From: a virus
Direction: 5' to 3' (one strand)
Length of the DNA stretch: 47,383 nucleotides
Virus record (IMG/VR): IMGVR_UViG_3300010389_000029
Location: 1 to 47,383 of that record
A program made the position numbers and the translations under genes. Below are positions 1 through 9,561 of the stretch, piece by piece. How positions within the stretch are numbered: position 1 is the first letter of the stretch; every line of letters starts with the position of its first letter. The notes below the pieces were generated by a model. It had not been told where the DNA came from and searched no databases. It saw only the letters and a program-made list of their open reading frames with translations.

Positions 1-99
1 GCCTCAGTTACAGGAGCTGCCTCAGTTACAGGAGCTGCCTCAGTTACAGGAGCTGGTCTCTGAGGAGCTGGTCTCTGAGGAGCTGGTCTCTGAGGAGCT
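1..99. repeat. Tandem repeats: 3 x 18 bp (gcctcagttacaggagct), then 3 x 15 bp (ggtctctgaggagct). In frame on the minus strand as (APVTEA)n and (APQRP)3.
   Basis: Read directly from the sequence. Positions 1..48 are identical to 47336..47383. Confidence 0.95.
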
Positions 100-1811
100 G
101 GCTCCGGGGATATAGGTGGAAAATCCCTTACGGCTTCGACAGGAGGTTCTTGATTGAAACGATCTATAGTCTTGTATATCTCGTCGAGGGTAACAGGGAT
201 GGGATCTGCCATGCCCGAGAGACGAGCCAAGTTCAAATCGATGGATTTAATCTGAGATAAGGCATCCTGTTCAGTCGAATCGTCGATAGGCACACCTCTA
301 CCACGTAATCTCCTCTCCTCGTCGATAGATAACATTAAATCCGCTTTTCGTTGCAACAACCGGTCCAATACCTTTGAAGAAGTATTGTCGAGTTTTCCAA
401 ATTGGAGGACATTCTCAGCGGAACGACTTACGTCCATCGACGAGGGTCTTATCAAATCGATGAGATCCGGCCCTTCAGCATCGACAGTGGACCCTAACCC
501 CTCAGACGAACTAATTGGTGGTCTCTCCAAAGTAATCTTCCTCTCATACCACCTAGAAATTGTCGGGTCGAAAGAATAACTCGGACGACCGAATATAGGA
601 GAAGCGGAGGGAGCTGTCTGGGCTATTTCCTCTACAGACCTTGTCCCGGTGATCCGTTTCGTCTCTTCTATGACGGGTTCCGCAACAGGAGTGGGTATGA
701 ATTCAGTAGATTCCCTTAGAGGAGTAGTAGGAGTAACAAGATCCTCAGGTCGGCTAGATTCACTGACTGCTTTATCAGTTTCTGGGGTAGAACTCCTAAA
801 AGAAGCCGCAGAAAAACCTGCACCCAAAATACCTCCAGCCAACCCAGCAACGCCAGCTCGTTTAGCCACCTCAACCGCAGACATATCAGGGTTTCTTACA
901 TACATTTCAAGCATCGCTTGGGCAGTTTCATCCAAGGCTTCTTCCGAAGCTTCAGATCCAAAACCCTTCAATGTATCTATAACAAACTCTTTGAATTGAC
1001 CAACGGTCTTCCCGTCTTTCGTGATAACTTGAGCTGGCTTTCGGAACGCACCAGCGACTGCTTTTTCAAGACCTGGCGCAAACTTATTAAACCCACCAGT
1101 AATCAATCCAGTAGCTAACCCAGCGACTGTAGCTTCTGCGTGTGCATTCTGACGAACTTCGCTTTCGGAGTAACCTCGATCACGAAGTTCCTGCTCTGCA
1201 TCAGCCAATACTGACCCATAACTTGTAATAGCTGCGGCACCAACGGTAGCAGGTAAACCGCCAATCGGTCCTACGACAAGAGCTGGGCCGATTGAAGGTG
1301 CTGCCTCGGCAACAAGATTGACAACAGATTGAAGTTTTGTGGCAGGTAGTATGTCTCGGATTTCACGAATCTGTTGTGCGGATTCTTCCAACGGCTTCGC
1401 TACAGCCTCTACAGGTTCTTCTACGGATAGCGTAATTAAATCTCCGACACCAGGAGTCCTAGCTAAGAACCCGCCAAAGGCAGAACGTCTTGCCCTATCA
1501 ACAGTTCTTGAGCCTGCGAGTGCTAAATTAGAAGCAAGCATTTTGGACCCAGACTGGAAAGAGGCAGTCGCTTTATCAAGAATAGATAAATCCTCTGCAC
1601 CAGCTTGAGCCGCAACTTGCTGCCGTCCTTCTGGAGTCTGAACTCGCTCCAACTGCCCACGCAATACTTTCTGATAGTCCTGCTTGAACTCAGCGTCCTG
1701 AAGAAAATCTTTCTTCTGGGAACCTATGTAGTTGATTAATTGATCATCGGAAACATCGTTAAACCGAGGTTCCTTGGATCGGAAAAACTCAAGTATTTGC
1801 TGTGTAGCCAT
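1..1811 (-). CDS. N-terminal ~603 codons of a giant internal-virion/ejection-type protein. It is partial at the window edge and continues in frame at 47383..44200 if the molecule is circular.
   Basis: ATG at 1811 lies one nt after the upstream stop (TGAtATG). My manual minus-strand translation is open to position 1 (MATQQILEFFRSKEPRF...PAPQRPAPQRPAPVTEAAPVTEA). It is absent from the ORF track because it has no stop inside the window. It contains Gly/Ala-rich hydrophobic segments. Confidence 0.7.
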   Translation of the reverse strand, partial: MATQQILEFFRSKEPRFNDVSDDQLINYIGSQKKDFLQDAEFKQDYQKVLRGQLERVQTPEGRQQVAAQAGAEDLSILDKATASFQSGSKMLASNLALAGSRTVDRARRSAFGGFLARTPGVGDLITLSVEEPVEAVAKPLEESAQQIREIRDILPATKLQSVVNLVAEAAPSIGPALVVGPIGGLPATVGAAAITSYGSVLADAEQELRDRGYSESEVRQNAHAEATVAGLATGLITGGFNKFAPGLEKAVAGAFRKPAQVITKDGKTVGQFKEFVIDTLKGFGSEASEEALDETAQAMLEMYVRNPDMSAVEVAKRAGVAGLAGGILGAGFSAASFRSSTPETDKAVSESSRPEDLVTPTTPLRESTEFIPTPVAEPVIEETKRITGTRSVEEIAQTAPSASPIFGRPSYSFDPTISRWYERKITLERPPISSSEGLGSTVDAEGPDLIDLIRPSSMDVSRSAENVLQFGKLDNTSSKVLDRLLQRKADLMLSIDEERRLRGRGVPIDDSTEQDALSQIKSIDLNLARLSGMADPIPVTLDEIYKTIDRFNQEPPVEAVRDFPPISPEPAPQRPAPQRPAPQRPAPVTEAAPVTEAAPVTE

Positions 1812-1812
1812 A

Positions 1813-2811
1813 TCATTTCACGAAGGCAGCGTTGGTCCGTAAGAACTCTTCCCAAGTAGGATCCGATGTTGTGGGCGTAGGAGATTGATCGCTTGGGCCA
1901 GGTATAATACTGCTCCACCCTTTAGCCCGCGCTAAAGCAGAAAGCATCTCCAAATTATCGTAAAGCAACGCAAGGGATTCAGGGTCTTCTCCAGAAGACT
2001 TTGCCCTGGACACCGCGACATTAGCATCCATCAACCTATCGGCCAATTGAACCTGAGTAAATCCATCAGCCTCCTCTTTCTTGACGGGCTTGTAAGTAAA
2101 CTGATTACCTCCACCAAGATTGATAGTGACCGACTCAGCTCCTGCCTCCGCAGCCTTCGACATAACCTGCTCTGCTTTCTTTTCGGCTATCTCCTGCTCT
2201 TCCATGCTGGTTATACGATCCAACATCCGCTTCATACCAGCATAGGTAGTTGGTATCTGATCTTGCGGGATATAAGTGGAAAGTTCCTCCCTCATATTAC
2301 CCATCTCTACAAGACGCTTTCCTTGTTCACCAGCGAGCAGGTTGTCTCGGAATTTAAACAACTCCTCCTGCCCTTCTTGGCTCATTCCTTCTGGAGGTTG
2401 AAAACTACGGAGAGCATTCAACTTACCAGATTCCAAGTCAGACTGCATCTGTCTAGTAGCAAATCGATACCCTTGGTTGTCGTTTATTTGCTGGTCTATC
2501 TTAGCTCGTTGACTCGCTTTATCCAAAAGCAAGTCTTGCTCACGAAGGGTCATTTGCCGCTCGCGCAACGAATAATCCAAAGCCTGATTCGCAGCCCGAA
2601 GCTTAAGTTCCTCCTGTGCCAAACGAGTAGACGCAGGAGTAGCAGCTTTGGTAATGCCTTGCAGAATAGTGCGCCCAAGACTAGGGACTGATTCCCCAGG
2701 CCCAAGCTTACCCTGTCGGGCGCGTTCCATCAGGGAACGACGTTCTGCACCGGCTTCCATGCCAACGCCCATGCTTTCAAAAAAGCCTAAAAATGGATTG
2801 TCTTCTGCCAT
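1813..2811 (-). CDS. Virion-associated protein, coiled-coil rich (internal virion protein candidate)
   Basis: 332-aa ORF packed tightly between neighbouring genes. Q/E/L-rich heptad-like sequence. Sits directly upstream of the giant protein. Confidence 0.6.
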   Translation of the reverse strand: MAEDNPFLGFFESMGVGMEAGAERRSLMERARQGKLGPGESVPSLGRTILQGITKAATPASTRLAQEELKLRAANQALDYSLRERQMTLREQDLLLDKASQRAKIDQQINDNQGYRFATRQMQSDLESGKLNALRSFQPPEGMSQEGQEELFKFRDNLLAGEQGKRLVEMGNMREELSTYIPQDQIPTTYAGMKRMLDRITSMEEQEIAEKKAEQVMSKAAEAGAESVTINLGGGNQFTYKPVKKEEADGFTQVQLADRLMDANVAVSRAKSSGEDPESLALLYDNLEMLSALARAKGWSSIIPGPSDQSPTPTTSDPTWEEFLRTNAAFVK

Positions 2812-2818
2812 AACTTTA

Positions 2819-3631
2819 TTACATGAATGCTTTACCTAAGTTAGCGAGGAATCGTCTTCCGTAACCAGGTTGGCTTTGACTGGAACCCGGATACTGATAG
2901 CTATCTGGCGTAACCCTAAAATCAGAAGTCGAGAAAGGTTGTGGCCCAGCTCCAACTGCTCCAGCAGATCCTCCTGCCGCAGCTCCTAACGCACCAGCTC
3001 CCGGGATCAAGGCTCCTAACGCAGCACCTCCAATTTTTGCTACTGCTCCTCCTACAGCTCTAGTCACAGGATCAGGTTGTGCGGCAATTCTAGCAGCTTC
3101 CATGTCTCGCTCGAATCGTTGATTCCTCTCTCCTTGAGCAAAAGTTAGTCGGGCTTGAGGCGACAGGAACATAGAACCTACGCTAGACCTTGGAGCCATC
3201 GAAGCATACTGCGACAAAGCCTGTGCGGACTGTCCCATGGCCGTGTCGATACGTTGCAAGCTCGTCAGACCTAAGTCGCGCAACTCAAGGTTACGCGCAA
3301 ACTGACTGCCACCAAAACCCCCCTGCACAGATCTCGCCGCCGCACGATCCGTGATCGCACGTTGCACATCCGCAGGTAACTCGCCGCGCAAACCAGCTTG
3401 TAGATTGGAGACCTGTTGCTGAATGATGTCGCGTGTGCCTGGGGCTATCTTTTCAAGGACTGCGAGCGTCGTGTCAGTGTCTGCCTCAGCTATGTTTCGT
3501 GAGATGCGTTGCGCTTGAGGTAACTGCTCCTGTATGCTGTCAAAAGCTTTCTGAACTTCGACATCTGGGTCGATTTCCTTGAACTCAGGGACTTTAACTT
3601 TGGACCCAAAAATAGACTTTAGGATGGACAT
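2819..3631 (-). CDS. Virion-associated protein with a Gly/Ala-rich C-terminus (internal virion protein candidate)
   Basis: 270-aa ORF with GGAGGA 8 nt upstream of the ATG at 3631. C-terminal GGAALGALIPGAGALGAAAGG tract. Confidence 0.6.
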   Translation of the reverse strand: MSILKSIFGSKVKVPEFKEIDPDVEVQKAFDSIQEQLPQAQRISRNIAEADTDTTLAVLEKIAPGTRDIIQQQVSNLQAGLRGELPADVQRAITDRAAARSVQGGFGGSQFARNLELRDLGLTSLQRIDTAMGQSAQALSQYASMAPRSSVGSMFLSPQARLTFAQGERNQRFERDMEAARIAAQPDPVTRAVGGAVAKIGGAALGALIPGAGALGAAAGGSAGAVGAGPQPFSTSDFRVTPDSYQYPGSSQSQPGYGRRFLANLGKAFM

Positions 3632-3654
3632 TTTACTTTTCCTCCATAACAGGG

Positions 3655-3682
3655 TTGACTAAACCCAAAAGTTGGGTAAGTT
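3655..3682 (+). promoter_or_regulatory. Sigma70-like promoter for the HNH gene: TTGACT -16 nt- TAAGTT, with ATG 8 nt after the -10
   Basis: ttgact at 3655..3660, taagtt at 3677..3682, ATG at 3691. No Shine-Dalgarno in between. Confidence 0.4.
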
Positions 3683-3690
3683 GGTTTCAT

Positions 3691-4338
3691 ATGAAAACGC
3701 TTGACGATGTTATTAACGATCCGGTAACCCGGTTTTATTACAACCATAATTTTTGGAAGCACGTTGATGTTCCGTTTAAGGAAGATCCCAATATTTGTTG
3801 GGAATGGGAATCTGTAACCCAAAACAAGGGCTACGGATACTGGGGGCAACACAAGTTTTTGGCGCACAGGATTGCCTTCACCTTGTATCACAACAGACCT
3901 ATTGAGAAAGGAAAAGTGCTTATGCACATTTGTGATAACCCGAGATGCTGCAACCCACATCATCTCCAAGAAGGAACGCAAGCAGAGAACCTGCACGATG
4001 CGGCTTCTAAAGGACGACTTAAAGGACCAGTCAAGCACCTTATCCACCCTGACATACTCCATAAAGCAGCGACTTACCAAATTAACCTTACCCAAGCCGC
4101 CAATGATCTTGGTTGCACTAGAAGATACCTTCTGCATAAGTGCATTAAGTATAGAAACAAACACGGAATACCCCACAGAAGATCCATCAATAAACCCCTT
4201 ACGGAATCTGAAAAAGATTTTATCAGAGAAAATTTCCCAGCTCTTAAAGGAGCGGAAATAGGTAGACGACTCGGACAAGACAGGGCAGTCATCAACAAAT
4301 GGATTAAGCGTATGGGTCTGCGTGATCATTCTAAATAA
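3691..4338 (+). CDS. Free-standing HNH homing endonuclease (HNH_3-type) with C-terminal HTH-like segments
   Basis: Motif HICDNPRCCNPHHLQEGTQAENLHD. The track ORF 3655..4338 starts at TTG and the first ATG is at 3691. It is the only plus-strand gene inside the minus-strand tail operon, and its 3' end overlaps the 3' end of 4331..5335 by 8 nt. Confidence 0.8.
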   Translation: MKTLDDVINDPVTRFYYNHNFWKHVDVPFKEDPNICWEWESVTQNKGYGYWGQHKFLAHRIAFTLYHNRPIEKGKVLMHICDNPRCCNPHHLQEGTQAENLHDAASKGRLKGPVKHLIHPDILHKAATYQINLTQAANDLGCTRRYLLHKCIKYRNKHGIPHRRSINKPLTESEKDFIRENFPALKGAEIGRRLGQDRAVINKWIKRMGLRDHSK

Positions 4339-5335
4339 TTTCAGGCATGCCACCGGCACCCCAGCTTTCAGATTGAATATTCATTGGTTCTACGTTGGAT
4401 TTCCCCTGGTAATGTGTCAGCTCAACCTCCAACAAGCGGATAGCTTCCCCAAAGTATCTGGCTGCTTCACCCACGTTCTGTTGCTCCTCCAGCTGCACTG
4501 CCTTGGCAGCGTTCTTCAGTGCAGGTAAATTGCCCAACACAAACCAATCCGTGTCGCGCCTTACATCGATATGATCCAACTTCACGACGGCTCGCACGAC
4601 TCGCTTGTTAGTAAGGGGATCTCCCGATCCGCACACATACTGAGGGGCATCCCCAAGTCCTGGGATGATGCTTCGTCGATAGTCTGGAAGGGTTTCGTCC
4701 CATTCGTAATAGCCGATCGGCACGACGACTGACTCTCCAGTAACCTTTGACAAATGAACCGGGCCATTCGTAACCGGTTTCTGGACTCCAGTAATTGTAG
4801 TAAATATGTTGCTCGACCCTGTCGGGGTCGTGCTGATGGTAATATATTCCCCGTCAACCCAAGTTCCGTTGTCGAGTGTTCTAATCCAATTCCCGTTTTC
4901 ATCATAACCCTGAACAAGGAGCTTGGCCGATGCACTCTCGGACACTTCGCTGTAAACCCGCAAAGTCGAGGAGAAATCCGTCATGTCAAGGAACACAGGA
5001 GATCTACCACGATCCATTAGTTGCAACTCACTGGAGTTGCCGGTTGTCCTGATGCCAAACCCTGTCTGTAAATACTCAAACCAATTATTCCGAAGTGTGA
5101 TCGGTTGATGGTTAACTGCCAAAGCCTCAATCGAGGCAACCTGCCTCGGCCAAGTCAGGCACCCTTCCGAACTCACACATATCTGATACGTCTGAAAGGT
5201 TCCCCAATACAAACCCTGCATCATGAGACGCTGGTGTGCTTCGTTCACGATCTGCACCAACCTTGTGTCCTCTGGATCAAACCCGAGGAAATCCGGTATG
5301 CGCGATTGCTTTACTTGGCCTAAAGTCAGTTTCAT
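4331..5335 (-). CDS. Virion structural protein (tail or adaptor candidate)
   Basis: 334-aa ORF. Its ATG overlaps the upstream stop (ATGA). Position within the tail gene block. Confidence 0.6.
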   Translation of the reverse strand: MKLTLGQVKQSRIPDFLGFDPEDTRLVQIVNEAHQRLMMQGLYWGTFQTYQICVSSEGCLTWPRQVASIEALAVNHQPITLRNNWFEYLQTGFGIRTTGNSSELQLMDRGRSPVFLDMTDFSSTLRVYSEVSESASAKLLVQGYDENGNWIRTLDNGTWVDGEYITISTTPTGSSNIFTTITGVQKPVTNGPVHLSKVTGESVVVPIGYYEWDETLPDYRRSIIPGLGDAPQYVCGSGDPLTNKRVVRAVVKLDHIDVRRDTDWFVLGNLPALKNAAKAVQLEEQQNVGEAARYFGEAIRLLEVELTHYQGKSNVEPMNIQSESWGAGGMPEII

Positions 5336-6072
5336 CCTACGTAGTATTGTCTAGCGGTTCGTTTGATGAAGTAAACACCATAGTAAGGAGGCATGTTGTT
5401 GTGTGCCTGACCGGTAGTTCCCGTCATTGATGTTGTTATTACTCCTGCTTTATTAAAGTTGTTGTAACTAGCGTTATTGGTGTGACCACTATTTTCATGC
5501 ACTGTACCGTCCGCTAAACCCGAAGGATCTGAAGTAGACGCCGGTCCTGCTTGAGCACGATAGTAAGCTTCTCCCAAGTGCCCGTGATCCGGTAGTTGGT
5601 CTGAGGTCAATGTAACAGTTTCAGAACCACCGGTGGTGCCAGAATCTACCTCCGTCCCAGAAGGCAATGTACCTGCCCCCAACGGAAACTTGCCTGACAG
5701 ATCCGTGTCGATTTCCCAGAAAGGACCGCTGGAAGACCTCACTGCTCCAGCCGTTCCACCATCCAAAGTGGCTACACTATCCGCAGAACCCTTGTATATC
5801 TGTAGTTTAGTGTCCCCGGCAGGGATATTGTGCGGCCATACCCATGCACCGTTGTAAAAAATATACTGACGGACAGGTGCGCCAGAGGATGTCTTGATCC
5901 ACAACTTGTCGCGGTCATCAGCCCCAGGCGCAGTTTCTGAAATAATATACTTCAGGGATCCGTCCAGAACGGTGCCTGTCATTTGCGACACCAAGTCAAC
6001 AGCGTGTTCTTGCAAGTCTTCGTAACAAGACTTACTCAACGTCCCCATGGTTAAGGAAATATTCGTGCTCAT
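5332..6072 (-). CDS. Tail fibre protein with a phage tail-collar-type C-terminal domain
   Basis: C-terminal GSETVTLTSDQLPDHGH...GQAHNNMPPYYGVYFIKRT resembles the tail collar domain. Start overlaps the upstream stop. Confidence 0.7.
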   Translation of the reverse strand: MSTNISLTMGTLSKSCYEDLQEHAVDLVSQMTGTVLDGSLKYIISETAPGADDRDKLWIKTSSGAPVRQYIFYNGAWVWPHNIPAGDTKLQIYKGSADSVATLDGGTAGAVRSSSGPFWEIDTDLSGKFPLGAGTLPSGTEVDSGTTGGSETVTLTSDQLPDHGHLGEAYYRAQAGPASTSDPSGLADGTVHENSGHTNNASYNNFNKAGVITTSMTGTTGQAHNNMPPYYGVYFIKRTARQYYVG

Positions 6073-7871
6073 AATGTAATCTCAGGGTATTCCGTTAACG
6101 GACACCCCGAATCTGTTGTCTGTGTTCCTGTCGGTCTGTCAGGGTAGATGTCTTCGCTAATTACCTCTGCGAAAAACCTCATCGAGTCTACCTGCGCGTA
6201 ACCTACGCCCTTTAAACGAAACTGAAAAGTATTCCCTAAGTTGCCAGGAGTCTTGGTATCAGTCTTGGCAGACGTATTGGGAGGGTTGCCGAAGCTACGT
6301 CGTGGACGATACGACGGTCTGTTCTCCGTCAGACTAATGCAGTTGGCGAAGTCACTGTTGCAGAACTTCGTTTTTGCATTCTCACTCCAAGTCGCCCATT
6401 GATTCCAAACCAAGGATTCATCCGGTCTGGTGTAAAGAGTGAAGTCAACTTGTCCCCGCACATTGTTCAGCCAAGCCTCAAACCGATCCAAGCGTTTCAT
6501 CTCATACGGGGAATCAAAGCTTGTGCTTCGGGTTTCGATATACCATTCGATTGGCAGCTCATCAGTGCCGTTGTAGTCAGTAGTCGAATTCGGATCCAGT
6601 TCCCACAGCTCAATGTCAGTGCCGTTTACCGCAAAGGCAAAGCACCGGTCTCTCTGACCAAACTGACCTCGGACTAAATGCAGAAAATCAAGCCCAGTCC
6701 ATATGCCGTCATACGCCAAGGGAGACTTTACCCGTAAGCCGCTGATCGGATTAAAGTCCATGCTTGCAATGGCCTTGTGGATTACACCACGACTGGACTT
6801 ACGCGAAACACAGGTATGCAGGAGACGGTTGTCAAACTCTACCGCACTGGAGTGCTTGAGCAAAGTAGGTGACTCGTTCTGCAACGCACGGTTGATTTCG
6901 TTACTTAAAGGCGTTACCCCAGGCGATCCAAAATCCCTACGGGCGTATATAAGTGACCGTATTCCGTCTCGGGATCTGAAATACAAGTCGCCATTCACGT
7001 TCAGAGGTGTGAACGGACCAACCGCACCACTCGGGGCTACCAGTCTCTGGACCGGATAGGACAGGTTCTTCCACTGAGTTCTGTCTGTAGGAACACTCGT
7101 CGCAAAAGCACTGTTGCCGGTAAACACGATCAGCTCCCCATCCCCAAGAGCCGTATCCAACGATCCCATAACCTGCATGGCTGTTATGCCACCGGCGTTG
7201 GATGGAGTCGAAAACGCACCACCTTCGTTCAGGTAATCGTTCTCGGTAAACTTTAAAACCGCATCCCTGCGGTTCAAGTCAGGGTTACCGCTGGAAGAAC
7301 CAACCAAGTCACCCGCTGCATACTCAGAAAATCTTCCTACCCACAAACGACCGTTGCCATAAGTGGATACCGCTCCAGTCGGAACCTCATCACTTAAGGC
7401 CGCAGACCGTCGTGCCTCCGCACGATTGTATATGATCGGCGCACTCTGCCCGTCCTGAATAATCATCCAGTCTTCGGCTTGCTGGAAAGTGACCACATCC
7501 TGATAAGTGCTGTTCCTGCCATCCGTAGGCGTGATGTCGGTGACCTTATAGGATTGGATGGGGTTGATCGCAAACAGTCGTCCACCAATAGAACACACAA
7601 TCTCAGACTGATCACCTACGGACCTAAAATACCCTGCCCCTTGGAAATGGGCCGTCGCAAGTTGGAAGTTATTCCGGTCATCCTCGGACGCAAAGGTAAG
7701 CGTTCGCTTGCGAAGCCCAGGTCGAGGACCAACCGCACCACCACGAACAACACAATTAGCCGCCCAAGAAAGCTGGTTGGGCTGAAGCAACTTCGGTCGA
7801 AGATTGCTGTCAACCCCTCCTTCAAAGGACACATAAGCATCCCCCTGTAATTTGGACTTGGACTGGGCCAT
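6069..7871 (-). CDS. Large tail protein (nozzle/tubular-type candidate)
   Basis: 600-aa ORF. TAATG overlap with the upstream gene. Position between two fibre genes. Confidence 0.55.
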   Translation of the reverse strand: MAQSKSKLQGDAYVSFEGGVDSNLRPKLLQPNQLSWAANCVVRGGAVGPRPGLRKRTLTFASEDDRNNFQLATAHFQGAGYFRSVGDQSEIVCSIGGRLFAINPIQSYKVTDITPTDGRNSTYQDVVTFQQAEDWMIIQDGQSAPIIYNRAEARRSAALSDEVPTGAVSTYGNGRLWVGRFSEYAAGDLVGSSSGNPDLNRRDAVLKFTENDYLNEGGAFSTPSNAGGITAMQVMGSLDTALGDGELIVFTGNSAFATSVPTDRTQWKNLSYPVQRLVAPSGAVGPFTPLNVNGDLYFRSRDGIRSLIYARRDFGSPGVTPLSNEINRALQNESPTLLKHSSAVEFDNRLLHTCVSRKSSRGVIHKAIASMDFNPISGLRVKSPLAYDGIWTGLDFLHLVRGQFGQRDRCFAFAVNGTDIELWELDPNSTTDYNGTDELPIEWYIETRSTSFDSPYEMKRLDRFEAWLNNVRGQVDFTLYTRPDESLVWNQWATWSENAKTKFCNSDFANCISLTENRPSYRPRRSFGNPPNTSAKTDTKTPGNLGNTFQFRLKGVGYAQVDSMRFFAEVISEDIYPDRPTGTQTTDSGCPLTEYPEITL

Positions 7872-9043
7872 TAGGCTAGGCTCTTAGCGGTTTGATACCA
7901 AACATAAGTGGAACCGTCGAATATAGCTTTTAGGGTTACGGACTCGTAGTATTTACTCCCGCTTCCACCTAAAGTATCAGGCACATCGGCAGAACTCCCC
8001 GGACCATGGACTATGAATCCCGCAGAGTCTGTTCCCAAAAAAGTTATCGTGTTAAAGTTATTGTTTACGATAGTCAAATACTTTGAAGCGGATGCAGATG
8101 CATAACTATTCGCAGGCGGTAAAGTGAGGCTCACAAGAGCTACAGCCCCAGTTAGTAAAACAGTAACGCCAGGATTATCATCATCAGGAACATCCGTTAA
8201 AGTTAACGTGGAAGCCTTAGCAACACGAACAAGCTTATCTCCAGGCACAATAGTCGTGGACGTGTGAGGTACCCAAGCAGCGGTAGTCCCGTTGGACTGA
8301 AGTATCGTATCAGGACCACCAATAGGCAACCGGTTAGCTTGACCGCTAGTCCCGCCAACAAGCAAGTCGCCCCGAGTTGTCATGGGACTCAAGGCATCAA
8401 ACCCAGCCAACGCAGTAGACTCCCCTGTCCCTCCATTGGCTATAGGAACCTGACCTGTGATACTGGTGTTGGTGCCACCGAGATCAACCGCACGGTAGAT
8501 CAAACCCAGAGTCTCTCCTGAGTCTGCATGCAGAATCTGGTTGTCAGGTCCAGCCCCAAGGGGCGCGTTCGCTGACCCAGTGTGACCACTCAAGTCTCCT
8601 TTCAGAGAGTTAATCGCCACAGTAGGGTTAGGGTAAGTGCCACTCAGATCACCGCCAGCACTTCCCGACAAAGATCCAGCCGGTCCTTGAACTCCACCAG
8701 CACATACTTTACTGGTCGCTGAAATCGTCGTGGACGGTGCTGCGTTTGCTGGGTATGCACCGGAAGCCGTATCTTCCAGATTACGCAACACAACAGTCGT
8801 CCCATCAGTGATAGTGACCACGGCCATATAGCCAGCAGTCTGAACATACAGAGTCTGACCAACACTCATCCAGTCGGTGTTCCCAACCGACACAGACACA
8901 GTGGCCAACTCAGCTGGCATTAGGAAGGATCCTGTTACCGTAGTGTAAGCGTTCTGGCCATTAGTGCCATTGGTGCCGTTTGTTCCATCAGCACCCCTCG
9001 GGCCAGGGGCTATAACGATGTTTGTTTGTTCTGGGCAGCTCAT
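7871..9043 (-). CDS. Tail fibre with a short collagen-like G-X-Y tract
   Basis: N-terminal GPRGADGTNGTNGTNGQN (six G-X-Y triplets). The rest is Gly/Thr/Ser-rich and fibre-like. Confidence 0.65.
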   Translation of the reverse strand: MSCPEQTNIVIAPGPRGADGTNGTNGTNGQNAYTTVTGSFLMPAELATVSVSVGNTDWMSVGQTLYVQTAGYMAVVTITDGTTVVLRNLEDTASGAYPANAAPSTTISATSKVCAGGVQGPAGSLSGSAGGDLSGTYPNPTVAINSLKGDLSGHTGSANAPLGAGPDNQILHADSGETLGLIYRAVDLGGTNTSITGQVPIANGGTGESTALAGFDALSPMTTRGDLLVGGTSGQANRLPIGGPDTILQSNGTTAAWVPHTSTTIVPGDKLVRVAKASTLTLTDVPDDDNPGVTVLLTGAVALVSLTLPPANSYASASASKYLTIVNNNFNTITFLGTDSAGFIVHGPGSSADVPDTLGGSGSKYYESVTLKAIFDGSTYVWYQTAKSLA

Positions 9044-9046
9044 ATC

Positions 9047-9400
9047 TTATGCACTCAAAGCGTCTTCATCCGCACGAACCCAAACTCCACCCGTAGTGTA
9101 GTCGCTTGGCCGCACGTAGTTCACCCCGTCATCCGCATTGGTGCCGGTGTTGTCCCACCTCCAATGCGTCAGGTTCTTGCCGTCAGGCGCGTCAGTCCCG
9201 AACACAGTGGCAATCTTGTTGGTTGACGCAGTCGCAATGGCTCGTAATGCAACAATCGTATCCACCGCATAAAAGCCCTGCACGTCAGAAGCAGACCCAC
9301 CAATCACACTAGTGATGTAAGCATCCAGCGTCGTGGTGGTAATCGCCGTGCCATCAGCACAGTTACAACAGTCATTCGGATTGGGCAATGCACTAGCCAT
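9047..9400 (-). CDS. Small fibre/tailspike N-terminal-like protein, first gene of the virion operon
   Basis: 117-aa ORF. The segment AVDTIVALRAI...THWRWD resembles N-terminal modules of tailspike proteins. Confidence 0.5.
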   Translation of the reverse strand: MASALPNPNDCCNCADGTAITTTTLDAYITSVIGGSASDVQGFYAVDTIVALRAIATASTNKIATVFGTDAPDGKNLTHWRWDNTGTNADDGVNYVRPSDYTTGGVWVRADEDALSA

Positions 9401-9436
9401 ACCAAACGGAGGCTACCCAACTAATTTTGCCTTGAC

Positions 9437-9485
9437 AATAAAAATCCCGCCCCAACCAGAGTATCCAACAGCCGGTTGAGACGGG
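9437..9485 (-). terminator. Strong intrinsic terminator in the leader of the virion operon
   Basis: Minus-strand RNA reads CCCGUCUCAACC, a 16-nt loop, GGUUGGGGCGGG, then AUUUUUAUU. Two of the 12 pairs are G.U, so the stem is complete only in the minus-strand transcript. It lies 36 nt upstream of the ATG at 9400. Confidence 0.7.
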
Positions 9486-9561
9486 AATTTTCGAGTCGTT
9501 CCAAACTCTCAATGAAGCCAGTTCTACCCCAAACCCACTCGGATCCGGGACTGACGAGCAA

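Noticed and set aside
3619-4359. 246-aa minus-strand ORF covering the HNH gene region
   Set aside because: It lies exactly antisense to a gene with a clear HNH motif. Its sequence is low-complexity and Phe/Ser/Val-rich with no motif, so it is a shadow ORF.
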